Sequence record: DRR723986_1300
Direction: 5' to 3' (one strand)
DNA length: 64,000 nucleotides
Part shown: positions 11,364 to 19,028 of the stretch, one piece after another
Layout: every line of letters begins with the position of its first letter
Position numbering within the stretch: position 1 is the stretch's first letter
Notes under the pieces: model-generated
Told to the model about the DNA's origin: nothing
The model's input: only the letters and a program-made list of their open reading frames with translations
Databases searched by the model: none
Translations under genes and position numbers: made by a program

Positions 11364-13629
11364 GTTTATGAACCTCCGCAACATCCGCTGTCTTGCCACT
11401 GCCGTGGCACAGGGAGCACTGTTCTACCACCTCACCACTGTCGATGGCCGCCTGGCTGGTGCTGAAGCTGCCGCCATTGGACTCCATGTGCGCGACTGCA
11501 ACCTTGTCATCGTGGCAGCTGGAGCAAGCTGACGCGGCGGGGGTGATGACCATGTCATCCGTGGGGTCCTGCAGGTCCTGGCCGGTGTCGATCGAGGAGC
11601 CCAGCACGGAATCCGCCAATGGCAGGGCAAAGCCGTTGTTTGTGTGGCAGGCCAGGCAATTGGCCAGGTTGCCGGGATAATGCACGGTGTCCTCGTCGTA
11701 CACATAGGTGGTAAAGCCGCGGAACCCGACCACTTGCAGGGCATTCTCGCGAATGCCGGCCGCGTGGATACCATGGATCAGCCGGGTAAAGTTGATGGAC
11801 TCCTCCTGCTTGCCGTCAGTCGGTGGATTGGCCGCAACCTCCCGCACGCCGCGATCGGTATTGCGCGGGTTGTGACAGGTGACGCAGCTGTCAATATTGT
11901 CGGCCCGGTTGTTGCCGTGCAGTACCAGTGAACCGTGGCAGCCCAGGCACTGTTCGATCGCCACCGCCTGTCGGCGAGGTACTGGTCGGCCATCCGCTTC
12001 ATCGATGGAGAAGAACTTGTGGACGTCGCCTACCGGCACCTGGTCAGGGTTGCCGTCTTCGTCATAGTCCACCCCGGGATGACCCTCGATGGTTGCCACG
12101 CCGCTGCCGGACGCGGGAATGCCCGGCTCCAGGCTGCCATCGGGGATTGCCAGCGGCATGGTCACGCTGTAGCTGCCATCGCCATTGGGCGTCGCGTTGC
12201 TCAGGGCGCTGGTCGACACGGAACTGGCGTTCTCCGCCTGGTTGCCGGTGTTGTTGTAGTCGCCGGTATCCCAGGAAACCTTCACGTTCAGTGAACTGCT
12301 GGAGTTAGTCCACACCGGGTCGTTCGCCAGGTCATAGTCTTCACCGGTCAGCGGATTGCTGACCTTGAAGGTCACCGTGGGCTGCTCGCCGGGCGCACTG
12401 TTGGCAATTGTCAGCACCTCGGCCTTGAAAGCTTCCCGTGCCTCTTCGAAGGCGATCCGGTGGCTTTCCTCGATACTGCCTACCCGGCCTTCCGGACCAT
12501 GACAGCTGGCGCAGCCGGAATCGTCCGGCTGGCCACCGGCATGACGTTCAAAGTCCACGTCGTCGTGACAGCTGCCACAGCTGGCGCGGGCAGGATACTG
12601 GGTCCAGTTGTCGCCCTGGTCGGTCAGCACGAGATCATCCCGGCCCTCGCCGGTGGCCGTGCCCGCATGACAATTTTCGCAGCGCCGGATGTCCTGGGGG
12701 TAATGCAGCTTGGAGTAATCGTGTTTGCTGTCGCGGAAGCCCCAGATTGCGTATTCCTCGCCCGCCTGCACGCTTGGCAGGCTGGAGCCCCGGTGGATCT
12801 TGTGAATCATCACCTTCATATCGACCGTGTTGCCGCTGTTGGCATCGGTAGATCCCGGGTTGTGGCAGGTGACGCAGTACTCCACCTCGGTGCGGTTGCC
12901 ACCGTGCAGCCCGAGCTTGTCATGGCAGGTGTTGCAGTTGGGGGTAGCGGCAATCTGCATACGGAATACCCCGTCCGTGGCGCCGCTGGCGGGAACCCAG
13001 TCATAAAACGGGTTTGCGGTGCCATTGCTGCCGTCGAACTGGATGGCCACGCGGTGGGTCCGGTCGGGCTCATAGGACAGGTCCAGACCCTCGCTTGCGG
13101 CCTGGTCCAGGATATCCTGGGGCAGCTCGGTAACCGGGGTCAGGAACCGGTAACGGTAGGTGCCATCACCGTTATTGGTGAATTCGCCGTCCCGCTCGTA
13201 GGTAGCTTGCAGTTTGGGTTCGGTGCCGGGCCCCACGCCGGGCTGTTCGATGGAGGCAATATAGGACTGCCAGGCGCCGGTCATATTGCCCAGCGAGCTG
13301 GCCTGCAGCTTCGCCAGGATAAAGCGTAAATTGCCCTGTTCCAGGTCGATGATCGCCGTGTTGTTGCCATCCCCGAGCTGGAAGTCCACGATCGCGCGGC
13401 CGTCTTCCGGGATGCTGACCGCGTTGATAAAGGCAATCAGCTCTTCCGCCTCGGCGTAGGGAACCGGGACAGGTGCGGGTATCTCGGGCGATGGCGGGGC
13501 AATGGGTCCGCCGGGTGGCGTCGGCCCCGGATCCACGCCCGTGGCGCGATCGCCGCCGCCTCCGCCACCGCAGGCCACCAGCGCGCCGAAGATGGCGGCC
13601 AGGATCCAGTGCTGAGTTCGCGTTGTCAT
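11356..13629 (-). CDS. mtrC: OmcA/MtrC family outer-membrane decaheme c-type cytochrome (lipoprotein)
   Basis: Lipobox LVAC. Ten CxxCH motifs in two blocks of five (CNTCH, CVTCH, CENCH, CGSCH, CASCH / CLGCH, CVTCH, CLACH, CSSCH, CSLCH) separated by a heme-free domain. MIHKIH and LIHGIH distal-ligand motifs. Confidence 0.93.
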   Translation of the reverse strand: MTTRTQHWILAAIFGALVACGGGGGGDRATGVDPGPTPPGGPIAPPSPEIPAPVPVPYAEAEELIAFINAVSIPEDGRAIVDFQLGDGNNTAIIDLEQGNLRFILAKLQASSLGNMTGAWQSYIASIEQPGVGPGTEPKLQATYERDGEFTNNGDGTYRYRFLTPVTELPQDILDQAASEGLDLSYEPDRTHRVAIQFDGSNGTANPFYDWVPASGATDGVFRMQIAATPNCNTCHDKLGLHGGNRTEVEYCVTCHNPGSTDANSGNTVDMKVMIHKIHRGSSLPSVQAGEEYAIWGFRDSKHDYSKLHYPQDIRRCENCHAGTATGEGRDDLVLTDQGDNWTQYPARASCGSCHDDVDFERHAGGQPDDSGCASCHGPEGRVGSIEESHRIAFEEAREAFKAEVLTIANSAPGEQPTVTFKVSNPLTGEDYDLANDPVWTNSSSSLNVKVSWDTGDYNNTGNQAENASSVSTSALSNATPNGDGSYSVTMPLAIPDGSLEPGIPASGSGVATIEGHPGVDYDEDGNPDQVPVGDVHKFFSIDEADGRPVPRRQAVAIEQCLGCHGSLVLHGNNRADNIDSCVTCHNPRNTDRGVREVAANPPTDGKQEESINFTRLIHGIHAAGIRENALQVVGFRGFTTYVYDEDTVHYPGNLANCLACHTNNGFALPLADSVLGSSIDTGQDLQDPTDDMVITPAASACSSCHDDKVAVAHMESNGGSFSTSQAAIDSGEVVEQCSLCHGSGKTADVAEVHKLR

Positions 13630-13648
13630 CGTCTTTCCCCCCGGGGCA

Positions 13649-15904
13649 TTACTGCCAGTGATACATCACTGAGGCGCCCACATAATGAATCTGTTCGTTC
13701 GGGTTGCTCTGGCCAAAACTGAGTACCTTGCCCATGGTGTCGGGCGCGACGCCCGCCCAGGCCCAGTCATCACTGCTGAAGCGGTAGTACTGGTATTCGA
13801 GTCCCACGGACAGCGAGTCCCGCAGCTGCCAGCGCCCCTCGGCACCGATCTGGTGTAGCCGGGTCTCCACGTCAGGGAAGTCTTCCAGCGACAGGTCGGC
13901 AGCACCCGCCGCCGACATGGCCTGTTCCGCCGTGGTATCCACGAAGTGGTAGTCGAGCTCGAAAGACAGTGCTTCCACCGGTTGCCAGTTCAGGCTGGCA
14001 CCGAGGGTGAAGCTGTCGTCGGTGGCGTCGACCCCCCAGTTGCGCTGTGGGTCGCTGGCCTGCGGCAGCGGCGGGTAGATGGCAAAGGCGTTCTTTTCCT
14101 GTCCGCCGCGAAAGGCGCGACTGGCCTGCGAGCTTTCGAAACGGTCGACGCCGCCGTACAGGCTCGCGGTGAGGCTGGCGCTGGGTGCGTAGCTCGCACT
14201 GAGATGCAGGCGCTGCCACTCGCTGTCGGTGACGCCCAGGTCACTCTTGTCAAAGTCATCGTCTCGCCACAACAGGTTGAGCGCGATGTTCCAGCGCACG
14301 GAGGGGCTGTAGTCGAGGTCGAGCCTGGCTTCGCTGCGCTCGCGGTTGGCCAGGTAATACTGGCTCAGGTCCGGGTGGGTGATGTAGCGCTGGTTGTCCG
14401 GGGTGGCGTTGATCAGTGCCGGATCAAGCAGGGCATAATAGGACTGGTCCCACTGGTAGGTCTCGGCTGCGCGATCGCCGTAGAGCAATTCCAGGCGAAC
14501 CCCGAGTTCGGCCAGCGGCCGGATCCGGTAGGTCACCGTGTAGCGCGACTCATCGGTCTGCTCCACGGCGGCATTGCGGCGCCGTATCCATTCGTAGTCG
14601 TAATCGAATGCCAGCCGACTGCGCAGTGGCAGCCGGTAGGCCACCTCGAACCCGGCGGTCTGCGCCAAGTAATCGTGGCTGGTGTTGTAAACCGTCAGCG
14701 CTTCCCGGGGCTGGTCGCCGCCGTCGCCGCGGATGTAGCGATAGCCATCACGCGGGTTGTCGTAGCTGCGGTCATGAACCTTGAAGCGCAGCTCGGCGTC
14801 CAGCTTGGGCAGGGGGCGCAACAGCAGGCGGGTATTAAAGGTGCTGGTAGCCAGCTCACCATCCAGGTTTGACCGGGGGAGCGCTTCGTCTACTTGCAGT
14901 GCCGGATTGATCGAGTAGTCGAGAAAGCGCTGATCCTGCTCGGTTATACTGTAACTGCCGTCAAACTGGAGGCGGGCAAGCGGCGAGAACACGTACAAGC
15001 CGGTCAGCCTGCCGCGCAACAGGCTGCTGTCGGGCGCCAGCGCCAGGGCACCTTCGCCCTCGGGATAGCGGACATCGGGGCCGAAGGAACTGTAGGGATT
15101 CTGCCAGCTCAGCGACTCGGCGCGGTTGTCGAAATCCGAGTACTCCAGGCGTCCGTCCAGATGCAGCTTGCTGCCGTCGAAGATCAGCCCGGCCTCGAAC
15201 TCGGTAGTGCGGTAGTCGATCGTCGCGGGCAGCAGCGCCGCATCACCGGACGCCGCATCGATGTAGATAGCGCCGCCCTTATCGGTCGTGCCATTCCGGT
15301 CTTCGTAGCGGAGGCTGGTTTCTACCTGCCAGTTGGCGTTGAGGCGACCACTCAGGTCCAGGTAGTAACGATCGCGCTCCAGCTCGCGATCAAAGCGACG
15401 CAGGCTCTGGTCCAGGCCGGTCCAGTCGCTGGTGTACAGGCCGCTGACCCAATTGTCGGGCAGCTGTAATGCATTGCTGCCGGTGAAGGGTGTACGCCCA
15501 CTGTCATTGCGCACCTGCAGCTGGCTGTCGAATCCCGCGGTGACCCGGAAGCGGTCGTGCAGGCCCCAGCTCAGCTCGCCCGAGCGGGTATCGAGCCCGA
15601 GATCGCTGAGCGTGCCGCGCCAGTAGCTGTCGCCGCTGCGGAAGCTGTCCCAGGCCAGGTTGCCGATCAGGTTGGCACCTTGCTCCTGCAGGCCGTTGTA
15701 TTGCCCGAACATAAAGTTGTCGTCACTGGTGTAACCCAGCCCCAGCTCCAGAACCCCGCTGTAATCGGTTTGCAGGCGGGTAGCCTGTGGTCGGGTTTCC
15801 GTCGCCAGCGCTGCGAACGGGTCTTTTTCCTGGGCCTGTATCGCCACAGCCGCCAGCATCAGGCCGGCGGCGATCGGCGCATAAAGGCCCGGGTGACGCC
15901 TCAC
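13649..15904 (-). CDS. mtrB: MtrB/PioB family decaheme-associated outer-membrane beta-barrel
   Basis: Lies between mtrA and mtrC. GTG start overlaps the mtrA TGA (GTGA). Signal peptide, FGQYNGL motif, amphipathic beta-strands and aromatic C-terminus YHWQ. Confidence 0.9.
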   Translation of the reverse strand: MRRHPGLYAPIAAGLMLAAVAIQAQEKDPFAALATETRPQATRLQTDYSGVLELGLGYTSDDNFMFGQYNGLQEQGANLIGNLAWDSFRSGDSYWRGTLSDLGLDTRSGELSWGLHDRFRVTAGFDSQLQVRNDSGRTPFTGSNALQLPDNWVSGLYTSDWTGLDQSLRRFDRELERDRYYLDLSGRLNANWQVETSLRYEDRNGTTDKGGAIYIDAASGDAALLPATIDYRTTEFEAGLIFDGSKLHLDGRLEYSDFDNRAESLSWQNPYSSFGPDVRYPEGEGALALAPDSSLLRGRLTGLYVFSPLARLQFDGSYSITEQDQRFLDYSINPALQVDEALPRSNLDGELATSTFNTRLLLRPLPKLDAELRFKVHDRSYDNPRDGYRYIRGDGGDQPREALTVYNTSHDYLAQTAGFEVAYRLPLRSRLAFDYDYEWIRRRNAAVEQTDESRYTVTYRIRPLAELGVRLELLYGDRAAETYQWDQSYYALLDPALINATPDNQRYITHPDLSQYYLANRERSEARLDLDYSPSVRWNIALNLLWRDDDFDKSDLGVTDSEWQRLHLSASYAPSASLTASLYGGVDRFESSQASRAFRGGQEKNAFAIYPPLPQASDPQRNWGVDATDDSFTLGASLNWQPVEALSFELDYHFVDTTAEQAMSAAGAADLSLEDFPDVETRLHQIGAEGRWQLRDSLSVGLEYQYYRFSSDDWAWAGVAPDTMGKVLSFGQSNPNEQIHYVGASVMYHWQ

Positions 15905-16779
15905 CGGGTCAACCTCGCCCCGGAGGGATGGTTGGAGCCATGTACCTGGCTGTGGCAGTTGAGGCAGTTCTTGCCCAGCACGTTCTGGTTGGCTGAGCCG
16001 CCCGCCAGACCCTCGCTGCCATAGGGCAGGCTGGGGTGGAAGGCAGCGGCATGACATTGCTGGCACAGGGCCGGTCCGCGGGCGCTGAGCAGGCGGGGGT
16101 GCATGGAGCCGTGCGGGCGATGGCACAGGGCACAGTCCTCGGTTGCCGGGGGGTGCTCCCACAGGAACGGGCCGCGCTGCTCCTGGTGGCAGCTCAGGCA
16201 GTTGTCGTTGACGGATACCTGGTGCAGATCAGCGCCCGTTGTAGCGCCGTGGGGGTTGTGGCAGTCGGTGCAGCTGGTCTTGCCTTCAGCGATAGGGTGG
16301 CGCGAAGGCAGGCGGATCTCGGCCTGGACCCGGGTGTGGCAGTCCAGGCAGAGAGCGGTCGCACTCTCCTCGACCAGGGCCGGGTCGCGCTGCCGGTGTG
16401 CATCGTGGCAGCTGTCGCAGGCCAGTCCTTCGGTTTCGTGCTGGCTGCCCGCCCACAGCAGGTGCTGTCCGCTCTCGTGGCAGCCCTGGCAGCTTGCGCT
16501 GCGGGTAGCGGCGGCCGCCGGCCAGCGCGGGCCGAAGCTGATATCGGGTGCGTTCTTGGTGGGGCCGGCGAGATGACTGTCGCTGGCGCCATGGCAGGCG
16601 ACACAGCCTTCGTTGCCGCCACCGTTCAATTTGCCATGGGCGGTGTTGAAGATGGCATGTACCGCCACGTCGGAGCTGGGGGTGTGACAGTCCAGGCACT
16701 GGGCTACCTGCTCCTCGGCATAGCCGGCGCTGGCGGTCAGCAGCAGGAGGACGGTGATTATTCGCCAGCGTATCGTCAT
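15901..16779 (-). CDS. mtrA: DmsE/MtrA family periplasmic decaheme cytochrome c
   Basis: Signal peptide, ten CxxCH motifs, GPFLWEHPP and the C-terminal signature CHSQVHGSNHPSG.RL.R. Confidence 0.95.
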   Translation of the reverse strand: MTIRWRIITVLLLLTASAGYAEEQVAQCLDCHTPSSDVAVHAIFNTAHGKLNGGGNEGCVACHGASDSHLAGPTKNAPDISFGPRWPAAAATRSASCQGCHESGQHLLWAGSQHETEGLACDSCHDAHRQRDPALVEESATALCLDCHTRVQAEIRLPSRHPIAEGKTSCTDCHNPHGATTGADLHQVSVNDNCLSCHQEQRGPFLWEHPPATEDCALCHRPHGSMHPRLLSARGPALCQQCHAAAFHPSLPYGSEGLAGGSANQNVLGKNCLNCHSQVHGSNHPSGARLTR

Positions 16780-16782
16780 GGT

Positions 16783-18327
16783 CTATTGCGCCCGGAAGTC
16801 CGTTTCATTGCCCGCCAGGCTCATGCTGAGCGGCAGCGATACCCAGTGGCGCCCGCCGGGATTGGACTGGCCGTGGAGGGCGATGCCCAGGCTGTACTTG
16901 CCGTCTTCGGAGAAGGCGATCGAGCCGGCCTGTCCGGCGAGGGGGCGGCGCAAGGTGACGGTCCAGCGTCCATCGCTGAACTGTGCGCTGCCGGAAAGCT
17001 GGCTGTCGGACAACCAGTCCAGGCCCGCGAGCACCGTGGCCGCCTCGAAGGTGGGCTCTGCGCCCAGTTTAATCCGCCACAGCTCGGCAAAATTGCCTTC
17101 CCCGACCAGGGCGGCCAGTTCTTCATTGGATTTCAGCAGGGCGGGCTGGCCGATTTCACGTTGCTGGGCACGGGATACCCACAGGTACTTCTCGACCTGC
17201 TGGCCGTAATCCCGGCTCATGCCCGGCATATCGCTGTGGCAGGCGGCGAAGCAGCTGGCGCGGCGAACTGCCTCGTTGCTGCCGTCGCCCCACAGGATGG
17301 CGATATCCTTGTCCAGGGCCTCGCCGTCCCAGGCGAGAGTCAGTTGCAGGGTCTCACCGTCGCGGCTGAAACTCACATCGACATCCTTGCTGGCCGGTGC
17401 GAACTCGCCGGCGCGGGCAGCGCCCAGCTCGACTTCCTCACCGCGGTGGCACTGCTGGCAACCGCTGCCCTGGCGCAGGGGCTGGGAACCTGGGTGGTTG
17501 CTGATCAGCCACTCACTGTCCGCCTGGCCGGGGAAGAACAGGGTAACTTTCCGGTTTTTCTGCGGCACGGGGACCAGCGGCGGCACCGACTCCGGGGCTG
17601 CATGCGCCACGCCCTGGTGGCAGTCGAGACAGGTGCGGTCCTGCTGCACCATGACCTTGTGATAGCTCTTGGCCTTGTCGGAAGCCTTGTCGCTGTCGGC
17701 CATGCGCACCAGGTCGTGACAGCTGCGGCAACCCTCGGAACGGTTGTCCAGCATCTCGCTGACCGGTCCCCGGTCATCGTGGGGGTTGTGACAGGTGGTG
17801 CAGGCCGGGTTGAAGGCGGCCATTTCCTGCAGGCCATGGATGCCGGACTGCTGGGCCTTGTGACAGGTGCTGCACAGCGTCATCTGGCCAGCGGCGCCGG
17901 CTTGTTTGACCTCTGCCTGGTGAGCATCGTGGCAGGTCACGCAGGTGACGTTGTGCACCATGTGCAAGGCATCTTGCCAGTGCCGGGCGACGTTGTCCTC
18001 GTGGCAGCCCAGGCAGGCGCCGTCCTGGTCCGCCGTGTTGGCGGTCCAGCGGGGGCCAAAACTTACCGTCGGCGAATTGCGTGTAGGCGCCTGCATATGG
18101 CCGGTTGAGGGCCCGTGGCAGGCCTGGCAGCCACCTCCGCTCATGGGCGAGCCAGAATGCGCTGCGCCGTGGGGACCGTCGAGCATCGGGTGGACCGGTG
18201 ATTCTGGTCCGAAATCGTGGCAGGTGAGGCAGGCCGCGCCGGGCGCATCCTCGGCAAGCACGGCGCTGCCCGGCCACGCCAGGGTCATTAAACAGATCAC
18301 CAGCCCTAATGCGCCGTGTAATCGCAT
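16783..18327 (-). CDS. Mosaic periplasmic multiheme cytochrome c (9 CxxCH + 1 CxxxCH): MtrA-like N-terminus, NapC-like middle, NirB/c552-like C-terminus
   Basis: Signal peptide from ATG 18327 (MRLHGALGLVICL...AVLA). Motifs CLTCH, CQACH, CLGCH, CVTCH, CSTCH, CTTCH, CRSCH, CLDCH, CQQCH and CFAACH. Confidence 0.88.
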   Translation of the reverse strand: MRLHGALGLVICLMTLAWPGSAVLAEDAPGAACLTCHDFGPESPVHPMLDGPHGAAHSGSPMSGGGCQACHGPSTGHMQAPTRNSPTVSFGPRWTANTADQDGACLGCHEDNVARHWQDALHMVHNVTCVTCHDAHQAEVKQAGAAGQMTLCSTCHKAQQSGIHGLQEMAAFNPACTTCHNPHDDRGPVSEMLDNRSEGCRSCHDLVRMADSDKASDKAKSYHKVMVQQDRTCLDCHQGVAHAAPESVPPLVPVPQKNRKVTLFFPGQADSEWLISNHPGSQPLRQGSGCQQCHRGEEVELGAARAGEFAPASKDVDVSFSRDGETLQLTLAWDGEALDKDIAILWGDGSNEAVRRASCFAACHSDMPGMSRDYGQQVEKYLWVSRAQQREIGQPALLKSNEELAALVGEGNFAELWRIKLGAEPTFEAATVLAGLDWLSDSQLSGSAQFSDGRWTVTLRRPLAGQAGSIAFSEDGKYSLGIALHGQSNPGGRHWVSLPLSMSLAGNETDFRAQ

Positions 18328-18355
18328 GCTGTTCCCCCTCAGGTTCCCGCCGCTA

Positions 18356-18934
18356 TCAATGGACAGCGGCCATACCTGTGTTTTCCGGATGGGCGATGCC
18401 CGTGTGACAATCGATACAGGTCTTGCCGTTGTTCTGCATGGCCTGGTGGTATTCCCGTGCCTTGGCCGACTGGGCTGCGAGCAGCATCCGGTCCGCCTGA
18501 TGGCAGTTGCGGCATTCCTGTGAGTCATTGGCCTGCAGGCGTGCGATCTCCCTGGCCTTCATGGCCGGTGCATGGGCACGGTATTTTTCAGGTGTATCGA
18601 TGATCCCGGTGAAATGGCCCCAGACCTCGCGCGCGGCCTCGACCTTGCGGATCATTTTCGGCACGAATTCCCGGGGCAGGTGACAGTCGGAGCAGGTCGC
18701 CGCTGCTCCGGCCGCATTGCTGTAGTGAATGCTGCGCTGGAACTGGGGCAGCGTATTGACTTCCAGTTCGTGGCAGCTGGTGCAGAATTCGTCAGTGCTG
18801 GTGGCGTGCATGGTGGCGTCAAAGGTGATGACGCCTCCAACACCCACGACCAGGCCGATTAACAGAAGGCTCAGCACGGATAGAGAAGCAGACGGCTGCA
18901 ACAGGCCTTTTAGCCAGGCAAGCAGGCGAGACAC
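18356..18934 (-). CDS. NapC/NirT/CymA family tetraheme quinol dehydrogenase
   Basis: N-terminal TM anchor, TSTDEFCTSCHE, CSDCHLP, DSQECRNCH and KTCIDCHTGIAH. Start uncertain: GTG 18934 chosen, but in-frame TTG/CTG codons exist up to 18973. Confidence 0.93.
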   Translation of the reverse strand: MSRLLAWLKGLLQPSASLSVLSLLLIGLVVGVGGVITFDATMHATSTDEFCTSCHELEVNTLPQFQRSIHYSNAAGAAATCSDCHLPREFVPKMIRKVEAAREVWGHFTGIIDTPEKYRAHAPAMKAREIARLQANDSQECRNCHQADRMLLAAQSAKAREYHQAMQNNGKTCIDCHTGIAHPENTGMAAVH

Positions 18935-19014
18935 TGCAGACAACCCCCCCAGGTAACAGTTTTCTCCTTTCAACTAAAGCTAGAGCAGGGCTGCTTTATT
19001 GGCAAGCGAGGGGC

Positions 19015-19028
19015 TTGATCCGTATCAA
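19015..19028. promoter_or_regulatory. FNR/ANR-type binding site upstream of the cytochrome operon
   Basis: TTGAT-CCGT-ATCAA is an exact match to the TTGAT-N4-ATCAA consensus. Confidence 0.8.

Noticed and set aside
15905-16162. N-terminal extension of the mtrB ORF given in the ORF track
   Set aside because: It overlaps mtrA in another frame. A GTGA-coupled start at 15904 gives a proper signal peptide.
16036-18108. Long plus-strand ORF (690 aa) opposite the cytochromes, and similar long shadow ORFs (36757-38748, 40008-42458, 62659-63900)
   Set aside because: They are antisense to well-supported genes in GC-rich DNA and carry no recognisable motifs.
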